From Bacillales bacterium UBA2753 (lineage in GTDB: Bacteria > Bacillota_I > Bacilli_A > RFN20 > CAG-826): a stretch of DNA of 54,615 nucleotides. The stretch spans positions 1-54,615 of the forward strand of contig DEJH01000021.1 in assembly GCA_002353275.1 (NCBI GenBank), written 5' to 3'. The translations under genes and the position numbers were made by a program. The notes under the pieces are model-generated. The model was not told where the DNA came from and made no database searches. It saw only the letters and a list, made by a program, of their open reading frames with translations. Of this stretch, positions 43,630 through 52,575 are shown one piece after another (positions within the stretch are counted from its first letter, which is position 1; every line of letters starts with the position of its first letter).

Positions 43630-45291
43630 TTATTTCTTTATTTTGTAAACTCTAGTTTCAAATGGTTGAAGCTTCTCTTTATGATTTTCAAAATTTGAAA
43701 TCACAATATCTTCATCCTTTAATTGATTTAAAAGAGAACATTTAATCTCCTTTTTTGAGAAAGAGGAGATGACAATTATTCTATATTGTTCATCTTCTCT
43801 AACATAAGCAAAAATATTTGGGTTATGCTCTTTAAGCATACGATAACTTCCATTAATAATGGTGTCGTTATCTTTTCTAAAATCAATTAATTTCTTGTAG
43901 AAATAATATAGAGAGTCTTTATCTTCTAAACTATGTTTAACATTCACGATATCTTTATCAGGATTGACTCTTATCCAAGGTTTAACATTTGAGAATCCTC
44001 CATAAGTGGAATTATCCCAAATCATTGGAGTTCTCGCGTTATCTCTAGAGACTTCTAAAATCACATTTCTAATTCTTTTTCCAATAAATGGAATCTTTTT
44101 AGAAATTCTAAAGATGTTTTTAGATTCAACATCTTCAGTTTCATCAATATTTTTAAAGTGAGCGTTTCTCATTCCAATTTCTTGACCTTGATAAATAAAT
44201 GGGGTGCCTTGAAGAAGGAAATAAGAAACCGCTAAAGATTTGGAGGAATTAATATCTTCTTCAACTGTACCAAATCGACCGACACTTCTCCTTTGATCAT
44301 GATTTTCAATAAATAAAGAATTCCAGCCGTGTCCAACTAGATTAATCTGTTGTTCATTTAATCTCTTTTTAAAGCAATTGAGTTTAAATTTTCTATAGAA
44401 ATATTTCACTCCTAAGTAGTTGTCGCTATTGGTGTGGGAGAAATTAAAGATCATATCGAGTTCTTCTCTAGCAGGATCAGTTAAATCAATATTATCTTGT
44501 TTACTAGCTAACACTGTTTCTCCAACAGTCATACAGTCGTATTGAGAAAAGACATCACGATATAATTCATGAAGATATTCGTGTAATCTAGGTCCATTAA
44601 TATAAGCGTCTTTTCCAGTTAACGCCAATAGAGGAAATCTCGATTTAAAGTCTTGTTTTTTGGAGATGAGATTAATGACGTCGCATCTAAAACCATCGAC
44701 TCCTAAATCTAGCCAAAACTTTAATAAGTTTTTGACTTCTTCTCTAACCTTAGGGTTTTCCCAATTTAAGTCAGGCTGTTCCTTAGTGAACAAGTGGAGA
44801 TAATATTCATCACTTTCCCGGATACGTGTCCAGGCTCCTTCGCCAAAAAAACCTTGCCAATTGTTAGGTGGCTTCTTACCGTTTTTCTTTCCTTTACGGA
44901 TGATGTAATAATCTCGATAAGGAGAAGATTTATCTTTAATAGCTTCTTTAAACCATTGATGTTGATCAGAAGTATGATTAACCACTAAATCCATAATGAG
45001 ACGAATGCCTCTTTTATGCATTTCGCTGAGCATCTTCTTAAAATCATCCATATTCCCAAAAGGAGGATAGATGTCTAAATAATTTGAGATGTCATATCCA
45101 TTATCTTTTTGAGGGGAATCATATATTGGAGATAACCAGACACAGTTAATTCCAAGATCTTTAAGATAATCGAGTTTACAGATGATTCCTTTTATATCTC
45201 CTAATCCATCATTATTGGTATCTAAAAAAGATCTAGGATAGATTTGATATATGACAGCTTTTTTATACCAGTTAGTGTGAATATTATTCAT
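43630..45291 (-). CDS. GH13 alpha-glucosidase (oligo-1,6-glucosidase / trehalose-6-P hydrolase type)
   Basis: WYKKAVIYQIYPRSF, DLVVNHTSD, GVDGFRCDVI, GETV, IENHDQ. Confidence 0.85.
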   Translation of the reverse strand: MNNIHTNWYKKAVIYQIYPRSFLDTNNDGLGDIKGIICKLDYLKDLGINCVWLSPIYDSPQKDNGYDISNYLDIYPPFGNMDDFKKMLSEMHKRGIRLIMDLVVNHTSDQHQWFKEAIKDKSSPYRDYYIIRKGKKNGKKPPNNWQGFFGEGAWTRIRESDEYYLHLFTKEQPDLNWENPKVREEVKNLLKFWLDLGVDGFRCDVINLISKKQDFKSRFPLLALTGKDAYINGPRLHEYLHELYRDVFSQYDCMTVGETVLASKQDNIDLTDPAREELDMIFNFSHTNSDNYLGVKYFYRKFKLNCFKKRLNEQQINLVGHGWNSLFIENHDQRRSVGRFGTVEEDINSSKSLAVSYFLLQGTPFIYQGQEIGMRNAHFKNIDETEDVESKNIFRISKKIPFIGKRIRNVILEVSRDNARTPMIWDNSTYGGFSNVKPWIRVNPDKDIVNVKHSLEDKDSLYYFYKKLIDFRKDNDTIINGSYRMLKEHNPNIFAYVREDEQYRIIVISSFSKKEIKCSLLNQLKDEDIVISNFENHKEKLQPFETRVYKIKK

Positions 45292-47614
45292 CTTTTTCTT
45301 TGATTACATATAACCTACTACCAAAGTCACGAAGCACTCTAACTTTATCGTTAGTTCCGCTTGCGGACCATTCAGGAGTAAGCTTAATTCCTTTATTATT
45401 TAAAACACTGCCATAGACTTCATATTTATCTATTTCACTAGGCATAGTGATGAATTTAGAAGCGATATCAACGATCTTTCCTTTTGGATTAACGTGAATT
45501 GGCATCACCATATTTACTAGTCCACCATATTCTTTAATGTTATGAGGGACTAAAACATTTTCAAATGTGTAGATTTTGTTTTCATCTAAATTTTTGGTGT
45601 GCACGATACTTTCTTTAGGAGTAAGAGTTTGTAAAGAAGCGAATTCACCAATGATGGCTCTACTTTTATCTTTACTACTCACTTGATACATAATGTGTCC
45701 ATTTGTGGTTTCGATTTCATAGAAATCTCCAAATTGGAAAAGATCTCGATTATTTTTATAAACTTCAATTAATTTCTTACATTGTGCTTTTTCAAATTTA
45801 TTAAGTTCTTTAAATGAGAGTTCATATCCAAGAACTCCAAAAGAAGCGACATGATATCTACTGTCAATACAGATATCTCTAAGAGCTTGATGATTAATTG
45901 AACAAGAGACATGGTTAGATAAGGTTGATGGAGGATATCCATATAAATAGCCATGTTGAATATTGAGTCTTTCATGAGCGTCAGTATCATCACTTGCCCA
46001 GATTTGAGGTGAATAACAAAGTATTCCTAAATCAAAGCGATTACCTCCACTAGCGCAGCCTTCAATTAAGACATCAGGATGAGCTTCGGTAATCTCTTTT
46101 AATACACGATAAAAGCCTAAAATGTAACGGTGATAAAATTCTCCTACATATTCATGATTTGGTAAATCAGACATATGTCGATTCATATCCCATTTTAAAT
46201 AAGAAATATTCGCATCTTTTAAGATGTGATTAATGTTTTCAATTATGTAATCTTGAACTTCTTTTTTGGTTAAATCTAAGAGTAATTGGTTACGAGATAA
46301 ACTTGGTTTAATGATTGTGGAAGAGATCGCCCAATCAGGATGAATTTTATATAAATCACTTTCAGGATTAATTGATTCTGGTTCAACCCATAAACCAAAT
46401 TTCATATCGAGTTTATTGATGCGTTTGGCTAAACCCTTTAATCCGTGTGGCAATTTCTTTTTATTGACCCAATAATCTCCTAGGCCATGACTATCATCAT
46501 TTCTAGAGGAAAACCATCCATCATCTAAGACGAATAATTCCGCTCCAAATTCTTTTGCTCTTTTAGCGATATTAATAACTTTTGCTTCAGTAAACTTGAA
46601 ATAAGTTGCTTCCCAGTTATTAATGACTACAGGCCGAAGAGCCTCCTTCCACCTACTAGCGATAATATGTTCGTTCACAAATTTGAACATGTTACTTCTC
46701 GCTCCGTTATAACCATTAGGAGAAAAAGTAAAGACCGCATAAGGTGATTTAAATATTTCGTTTTCTTTTAATTTATAATCAAAGCAGAATGGATTAATTC
46801 CTAATTGGACTCTCATTTGTCCATATGAATTAAGTTCTACTTCAGAGATGTGATTACCACTATAGACAAGATTAAAGAGATATACATCTCCATAATCTAA
46901 AGAAGCATTCTTATTTTGAATTAAGAAAAGTGGATTGCATTTATGAGAAGAGAATCCAGTTCTTGATTCATGAATGTATCGACCAACCACTAGTGGTTGA
47001 TTGACTTCATTCATCTCACTAGCCCACCCTCCAACAAAGTTTTTAAGTTCATAAGAAGAATTGACTATATCTAATTGCATACTTAAAGCTTTTAAAACAT
47101 GAAGATCTTCTTTGTTATCATTTTTAATGACGATATTTCTCGCAATAACGTTACTAGATTCAAAGATGAGATAATGTAACTCGATAGAAACATTATTTTC
47201 TTTATCTAATAAAGAGATTACTAATTCTTCATCTCCATCATGAGGAGCAGCGAGTTCTTCTTCTTTTTTAGGAGACTTATTAATTTCATAACTTTGGTAA
47301 GAGAAGTCAAAAGTGTATCCAGCTTTTTCATTTCTTAACAAAATTGGAGTGCTTTTATAATCTCCTTTATGTGGGAAAGAGAATTCCAAAAGAGTGTAGT
47401 CCATGCTTAAATTAGGATCTACATCTTGTTTATATATGACAGAGGTACCTTTAGAGACACTGATTTTTTGTTTAATTGATTCGATATCAAAATCTTTGAT
47501 TTCGATTCTTTTACCAAAATAGTCATGTAGTAATAATCCGGTTTTATCAACGTGAAAAATATAGGATAAATCTTTGGTGTTTAAAATAAACACTTCGCCA
47601 TTAGAAATTGTCAT
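45284..47614 (-). CDS. GH36 alpha-galactosidase
   Basis: FVLDDGWF, YLKWDMNR, CASGGNRFD motifs; 776 aa. Confidence 0.85.
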   Translation of the reverse strand: MTISNGEVFILNTKDLSYIFHVDKTGLLLHDYFGKRIEIKDFDIESIKQKISVSKGTSVIYKQDVDPNLSMDYTLLEFSFPHKGDYKSTPILLRNEKAGYTFDFSYQSYEINKSPKKEEELAAPHDGDEELVISLLDKENNVSIELHYLIFESSNVIARNIVIKNDNKEDLHVLKALSMQLDIVNSSYELKNFVGGWASEMNEVNQPLVVGRYIHESRTGFSSHKCNPLFLIQNKNASLDYGDVYLFNLVYSGNHISEVELNSYGQMRVQLGINPFCFDYKLKENEIFKSPYAVFTFSPNGYNGARSNMFKFVNEHIIASRWKEALRPVVINNWEATYFKFTEAKVINIAKRAKEFGAELFVLDDGWFSSRNDDSHGLGDYWVNKKKLPHGLKGLAKRINKLDMKFGLWVEPESINPESDLYKIHPDWAISSTIIKPSLSRNQLLLDLTKKEVQDYIIENINHILKDANISYLKWDMNRHMSDLPNHEYVGEFYHRYILGFYRVLKEITEAHPDVLIEGCASGGNRFDLGILCYSPQIWASDDTDAHERLNIQHGYLYGYPPSTLSNHVSCSINHQALRDICIDSRYHVASFGVLGYELSFKELNKFEKAQCKKLIEVYKNNRDLFQFGDFYEIETTNGHIMYQVSSKDKSRAIIGEFASLQTLTPKESIVHTKNLDENKIYTFENVLVPHNIKEYGGLVNMVMPIHVNPKGKIVDIASKFITMPSEIDKYEVYGSVLNNKGIKLTPEWSASGTNDKVRVLRDFGSRLYVIKEKDE

Positions 47615-47666
47615 AGTTTATATCTCCAGGAATTATTATATAATAATTACGAGGTTATTAAAACAA

Positions 47667-49982
47667 ATGAAAACATCATTAAATTATTCTTGGAAATTTG
47701 TTCCAAATTTTGATAGAAGCTATCTGACAAAATTACCAAACGAAGCAGTTGAAATTGATATCCCACACTCCTCAAAAGAAGTGCCTTATAACTATTTTAA
47801 AGAGAGTGATTATCAAGGTGTCTTTACTTATGAAAAAACATTTAAGATTAATGAAATTAATAAAAACAGAAGATATTTCATCCGCTTTGAAGGAATTATG
47901 GTCAAAGCAAAGATCTATTTTAATGATGTTGATTTAGGAGAACATATCTCTACTTATTTACCTTTTGAAATCGAAATAAGCGAATATATTAAAAATAGTA
48001 ACCGTCTTATAGTAGTCGTTGACTCTCACGAAGATGAAAATATTCCACCTTTTGGATTTGCTTTAGATTACATCACCTTCGGAGGAATATATCGAGAAGT
48101 CTATTTAATTGATGAACCTAAATCATATTTAAGAAATATCTATCCTCATGGAGACTCAAAAGGACATTTGAAAATTCAATATGACAAAATTGGTGAAGAA
48201 GAGTTAGAGATTTCTCATGAATTATATCTTAAAGATCAGCTCGTAAAATCTTTTAAAGAAGATGAATTACAAATAGAAAGTCCACTACTTTGGTCAATAA
48301 AAGAAGCAAATCTATATACATTAAAAACAAAAATTGTATGTGATAAAGAAATAGAAACATATCTCACTAGATTTGGATTTAGAGATATTAAGTTTACGAA
48401 TCACGGCTTCTATTTAAATGATGAGAAGATTAAACTTGTTGGTTTAAATAGACATCAAGGTTATCCAATTATTGGCTACGCTGCTAGTAAGAGTTTGCAA
48501 GAAGACGACGCCAATATCTTAAAAAGAATTGGGGTTAACGTCGTAAGAACTTCTCACTATCCACAAAGCGAACACTTCTTATCAAGATGTGATGAAATTG
48601 GTTTATTGGTGATTAATGAAATTCCTGGTTGGCAACATATTGGAAAAAGTGAAGCTTGGAGAAATAACTGCTTAGAAAACACTAAGAAGATGGTTTTAAA
48701 AGAAAGAAGCCATCCATCTTTAATTGCTCATGGAGTAAGAATTGATGAAAGTGTGGATGATCATGATTTATATTCCAAAACTAACGAAATCGCTCATAAA
48801 TTAGATCCATTTAGACCAACAATTGGAGTTAGAAACTTCACTAGTAGTGAATTATTAGAAGATATATACGGCTATAACGACTTCTCTTGTGATTCATTAA
48901 AGATTGGATTAATCGATCCTAAAAAAGTAAAAACTAATGGTAGACCACTTTTAGTTACTGAATATATGGGACATATGGATCCAGTAAAACCAACTAGCGA
49001 TGAGCAAAAGAGAATTGAAGTCGCTTTACGACATGCGAAAGTTATTGATGATAACTATAAACATGAAAATGCCTGTGGGGCGATTGGATGGTGCTTTGTT
49101 GATTATCATAGCCATACCGATTTTGGAAGCGGAGATAAAATCTGCCCTCATGGAGTGATGGATTTATATCGTAATCCAAAATACACTTCTTATATTTATG
49201 CTTCTCAACAAGAAAATATGCCATTTCTTGAGGTTTTAAGCAATTTAAAACCAGGAGATGTCCCTGAAGCAATCTTCTCTGATATCTATGTCGCCACTAA
49301 CTGTGATTATGTCGAATTATATAAAAATGATGAATTAGTGAATCGCTTTTATCCAGTTAATGACAAATTCAAATATTTAAAACATCCTCCTATTTTAATT
49401 GATGATATTGTTGGTTTTACCTTTAAAGAAGATAAATTCCCTATAAGATCACATTTAAAAATCGCGAAGATGTTCTCTTATGCAGCAATGCATGGATTTA
49501 ATCATCTTCCTCTTAAAAATAAACTATATCTCGGATATATGATGATGAGATATAAGATTAGCTATACTGAATTAGTCGGATATTGGAATAAATATGTAGG
49601 TGCCTGGGGAGGAAAGGCTAAAACCTATAAATTTAAAGGATACATTAACGACAGAGTCGTTAGTGAACTCTCTATTGGACCAAGCGATTCCTTTGATTTA
49701 TTAGTGAACACCAATAAAGAAGAATTAGTTAACGAAGATACTTATGATACTTTAATTATTAGAGTAAAGCACGTTGATAGCCACTATCGCTTAATGCAAT
49801 ATTCTGATCGCATTATTGATATTAAAGTCGAGGGACCTCTTGAGTTAATCGGTAAACCACAACAAGTCTTATTAGGTGGCCAATTATCAATTTATGTCAA
49901 AAGCAAAAATGAAAAAGGAACTGGAAAAGTTGTGATTAAAATGGATGACATTACTAAAGAAATCACAGTTCCAGTTAAGTAA
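47667..49982 (+). CDS. GH2-family glycosidase (beta-galactosidase/glucuronidase-like)
   Basis: Start taken at the ATG at 47667 (MKTSLNYSWKF). TIM-barrel region NVVRTSHYPQSEHFLSRCDEIGLLVINEIPGW. The track ORF from 47574 overlaps the GH36 start. Confidence 0.8.
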   Translation: MKTSLNYSWKFVPNFDRSYLTKLPNEAVEIDIPHSSKEVPYNYFKESDYQGVFTYEKTFKINEINKNRRYFIRFEGIMVKAKIYFNDVDLGEHISTYLPFEIEISEYIKNSNRLIVVVDSHEDENIPPFGFALDYITFGGIYREVYLIDEPKSYLRNIYPHGDSKGHLKIQYDKIGEEELEISHELYLKDQLVKSFKEDELQIESPLLWSIKEANLYTLKTKIVCDKEIETYLTRFGFRDIKFTNHGFYLNDEKIKLVGLNRHQGYPIIGYAASKSLQEDDANILKRIGVNVVRTSHYPQSEHFLSRCDEIGLLVINEIPGWQHIGKSEAWRNNCLENTKKMVLKERSHPSLIAHGVRIDESVDDHDLYSKTNEIAHKLDPFRPTIGVRNFTSSELLEDIYGYNDFSCDSLKIGLIDPKKVKTNGRPLLVTEYMGHMDPVKPTSDEQKRIEVALRHAKVIDDNYKHENACGAIGWCFVDYHSHTDFGSGDKICPHGVMDLYRNPKYTSYIYASQQENMPFLEVLSNLKPGDVPEAIFSDIYVATNCDYVELYKNDELVNRFYPVNDKFKYLKHPPILIDDIVGFTFKEDKFPIRSHLKIAKMFSYAAMHGFNHLPLKNKLYLGYMMMRYKISYTELVGYWNKYVGAWGGKAKTYKFKGYINDRVVSELSIGPSDSFDLLVNTNKEELVNEDTYDTLIIRVKHVDSHYRLMQYSDRIIDIKVEGPLELIGKPQQVLLGGQLSIYVKSKNEKGTGKVVIKMDDITKEITVPVK

Positions 49983-49983
49983 T

Positions 49984-50934
49984 TTATTTAATTAAATCTT
50001 TAATTACTTCACTAGCGATGATTAATCCCATCGTTGGTGGGACAAAAGAAGTTGAGCCAGGAGTGGCTCTTCTTTTTTCGTCTTTAATATCAACTTTAAT
50101 TGGTTCTTCTTTAGAAAACACCACTTTTAAAGATGGAATATTTCTTTTTCTTAATTCATGACGAAGAATTTTGGCTAATGGATCAACACTGGTTTTATAA
50201 ATATCACTAACTTCTAATTTAGTTGGATCGATTTTATTGCCTGCTCCTAAAGCAGAAATAATTGGAATATTAAGAGAATTTGCTTTAACTACTAAGCTAA
50301 TTTTTGCAGACATATTATCCGCACAGTCAATAATGTAATCATATTGAGATAAATCGAATTCATCTTCGTTATTAGGAAGATAGAATTTCTTAATCGCTTT
50401 CACTTTAATAATAGGGTTAACATCTTTTAGATGTTCTTTCATTACATCAACCTTATATTTACCAATAGAGGAATATGAGGCTACAAATTGACGATTGATA
50501 TTAGTCACTTCCACTTTATCAAAATCAACAATATCAATTTGACCAACACCACTTCTAGCAAGAGAATCAACGCAGTGCCCACCTACTCCTCCAACGCCAA
50601 AAACAATAACTTTGGAATGATAAAGTAAATCCATCTTTTCTTTTCCAAATATTGCTTCGGTTCTCCTGAATTGCTCCTTCTTTTTATAGTCATTCTTTTT
50701 CTTTTCTTCTAATAATTCATCAACTCTTTGAACACCAAAAAAGTCGTTAGCGTCTAAAGAATATTGACGTAAAAGTAAGAGAATCTTTTCATAAGACATC
50801 TCTGAATGTCCTTTTTCAATATTTGTGATTACGGATTTATGAGAGTAACCTAAAGATTCCGCTAACTCTTGTTGAGTTATGTTTTTATCTTTTCTGAGTC
50901 TTTTAATTCTTGGGCCAATTGTTTCTTTAGACAT
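49984..50934 (-). CDS. tcdA: XRE-type HTH domain fused to a TcdA/CsdL-like ThiF-family E1 domain
   Basis: N-terminal IKRLRKDKNITQQELAESLGYSHKSVITNIEKG. Then FRRTEAIFGKEKMDLL..VIVFGVGGVGGHCVDSLARSGVGQIDIVDFDKVEVTNINRQ. ATG at 50934 preferred over the extended ORF to 50988. Confidence 0.75.
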   Translation of the reverse strand: MSKETIGPRIKRLRKDKNITQQELAESLGYSHKSVITNIEKGHSEMSYEKILLLLRQYSLDANDFFGVQRVDELLEEKKKNDYKKKEQFRRTEAIFGKEKMDLLYHSKVIVFGVGGVGGHCVDSLARSGVGQIDIVDFDKVEVTNINRQFVASYSSIGKYKVDVMKEHLKDVNPIIKVKAIKKFYLPNNEDEFDLSQYDYIIDCADNMSAKISLVVKANSLNIPIISALGAGNKIDPTKLEVSDIYKTSVDPLAKILRHELRKRNIPSLKVVFSKEEPIKVDIKDEKRRATPGSTSFVPPTMGLIIASEVIKDLIK

Positions 50935-51053
50935 AAATATTCTATTCCTAAATAAAAGTGATAAAATAATGAACATAAGAGTTCTCACAAGCAGTTGGGT
51001 TATCTAGCTAGGGAGGCTCTTTTATTTTTAAAAGAATGTGTTATAATATAGCC

Positions 51054-51108
51054 ACAAGAACGGAGCCTTGCAGACACTTAGTTGGTGCTAGTCGTTAAGG
51101 GCTCTTTT
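51054..51108 (+). ncRNA. Candidate antitoxin sRNA 1, convergent with and antisense to the 3' UTR of toxin-like ORF 1
   Basis: Extended -10 TGTTATAAT (51039-51047). Conserved AAGAACGGAGCC. Hairpin GAGCCTT...AAGGGCTC followed by TTTT. Ends approximate. Confidence 0.5.
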
Positions 51109-51197
51109 CATTTGAATAGCAAAGCTATCAAAGCTAATAGGAGACAAATCAAGCCAATCCTTAGAAGTTTTAACACTTCTTTGAGAAAGCCTCTCAT
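51108..51197 (-). CDS. Unannotated 29-aa hydrophobic peptide, candidate type I toxin (MRGFLKEVLKLLRIGLICLLLALIALLFK)
   Basis: GAGGTG RBS 6 nt upstream of the ATG at 51197-51195; TGA at 51110-51108. Paralog 240 nt away. Confidence 0.6.
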   Translation of the reverse strand: MRGFLKEVLKLLRIGLICLLLALIALLFK

Positions 51198-51289
51198 TGT
51201 AATCACCTCGCTTTCTGTGCCAGATTGCAAGGTCTCCGCTCCGAGTTTTACTGACTTTTCTTTGTCAAAAAATATGTTATAATGTAACC

Positions 51290-51345
51290 AAGAACGGAGC
51301 CTCTCAGACTACTTAATGGTTACTAAGTCAGAGACTTCTTTTTTT
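51290..51345 (+). ncRNA. Candidate antitoxin sRNA 2
   Basis: Extended -10 TGTTATAAT (51275-51283). AAGAACGGAGCC. Hairpin CTCAGACT...AGTCAGAG followed by CTTCTTTTTTT. Ends approximate. Confidence 0.5.
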
Positions 51346-51346
51346 A

Positions 51347-51433
51347 TCAAATTAGGAGGCCTAAAAGACAAACAAGAAGGCAAATGAGAGTGATTTTAAA
51401 AAGCTTCAATAGCTCTTTCGAATCTTCTTTCAT
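51347..51433 (-). CDS. Unannotated 28-aa hydrophobic peptide, candidate type I toxin (MKEDSKELLKLFKITLICLLVCLLGLLI)
   Basis: AAAGGAGG RBS 9 nt upstream of the ATG at 51433-51431; TGA at 51349-51347. Promoter TTGTCT-17-TATAAT at 51515-51543 on the minus strand. Confidence 0.6.
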   Translation of the reverse strand: MKEDSKELLKLFKITLICLLVCLLGLLI

Positions 51434-51552
51434 AGCAGGTTACCTCCTTTCTATATTTCTATAGTCTAAGAGGTATTCCGTTCTGAGTTTTATAGACTTT
51501 GCTTTGTCTTAATTATTATAAAATAAAGTTGTTTGTTAGACAACTAAGATTT

Positions 51553-51577
51553 AAAAGAAAAGAAGGCTTAGCCTTCT
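51553..51577 (-). terminator. Terminator after the ABC ATPase gene
   Basis: AGAAGGC-TAA-GCCTTCT followed by TTTCTTTT on the minus strand. Confidence 0.7.
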
Positions 51578-51585
51578 AATTTCGA

Positions 51586-52575
51586 TTATTTTGATTCCGC
51601 TTTTTTATCTGCTTCTTCAAACATTTTAAGAAGATCATCAACAGCGAGCTTTTTCTTTTCTTCTCCTTTAACATCTAAAATGATGTGTCCAAGATGGAAC
51701 ATAATGAGTCGATCTCCATAAGTAAGAGCATCTTTCATGTTATGAGTAACCATTAATGTTGTCATTTGATTCTCACGAACAATCTTATCAGTTAACTCTA
51801 GGACTTTCTTCGCGGTTTTTGGATCTAACGCTGCAGTGTGTTCATCGAGAAGAAGAATTTGTTTAGTTAAGTCAAATTTATTACGAATCGTTTCTTCAAA
51901 TTCGTTTTTATATCTTTGTTTCTCTTCTTTTGATGAGGCAGTTTTTAATTTTTCATCTAAAACAAGTTTCTTTTCATCATAGAATGAATCAAATTCTTTT
52001 CTTGCTTCTTCTTCAGGTAAACCTGAGAAAAGAATATAATCACGTCTCATCATTTTAATCGTTGGCTTATTTCTCATCGTCGCCATTAATAGAGTTAATG
52101 CTTGTCTTTGTCCACCAGACATCACTCCAACTTTTTGATTGAGACGATCTTCTAAGCCGAGATCAAATCTTTTCAATTCTTCGATGAAGAATTTCTTATC
52201 TTTTTCTTTAAAGCCCCATTTGATTGGAGAGTGATTTCTTCCTCTAAGAAAAGCGACTTCCATATTTTCAAGAACCGACATATCACCAGCGGTTCCTTTC
52301 ATTGGATCTTGGAAGACACGACCAAAATAGGCCGCTCGTTTATATTCAGGAATTTTAGTAATATCTCTTCCATTAAGAAGAATTTTTCCGCTATCAGGGA
52401 TAAGAGAACCAGCCACAATATTTAAAGTTGTTGATTTACCACTACCATTTCCACCGATGATTGTGACAAATTCACCTGGTTCAATTTGAAGATTAATATG
52501 ATCAAGAGCAGTTCTTTCATCTTCTTTATTTCCGCTGATATTAAATGTTTTAGTAACATTAACTAACTCAAGCAT
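51586..52575 (-). CDS. ABC transporter ATP-binding protein carrying a 68-aa insertion between the signature motif and Walker B
   Basis: Start at ATG 52575 (AAGGAG RBS). GGNGSGKST, MSGGQRQAL, ILLLDEHTAALD, VTHN. Confidence 0.85.
   Translation of the reverse strand: MLELVNVTKTFNISGNKEDERTALDHINLQIEPGEFVTIIGGNGSGKSTTLNIVAGSLIPDSGKILLNGRDITKIPEYKRAAYFGRVFQDPMKGTAGDMSVLENMEVAFLRGRNHSPIKWGFKEKDKKFFIEELKRFDLGLEDRLNQKVGVMSGGQRQALTLLMATMRNKPTIKMMRRDYILFSGLPEEEARKEFDSFYDEKKLVLDEKLKTASSKEEKQRYKNEFEETIRNKFDLTKQILLLDEHTAALDPKTAKKVLELTDKIVRENQMTTLMVTHNMKDALTYGDRLIMFHLGHIILDVKGEEKKKLAVDDLLKMFEEADKKAESK

Noticed and set aside
50935-50988. Hydrophobic 18-aa N-terminal extension of the HTH-TcdA ORF (MRTLMFIILSLLFRNRIF), considered as a third degenerate toxin copy.
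   Set aside because: It is in frame with the HTH gene only by way of an upstream alternative start. It has no RBS, no copy of the sRNA promoter or AAGAACGGAGCC box, and no sequence similarity to the two peptides.
51082-51282. 66-aa plus-strand ORF from the track.
   Set aside because: It runs antisense across toxin-like ORF 1 and its 5' UTR and has no RBS. The small minus-strand ORF plus sRNA model explains the conserved elements better.
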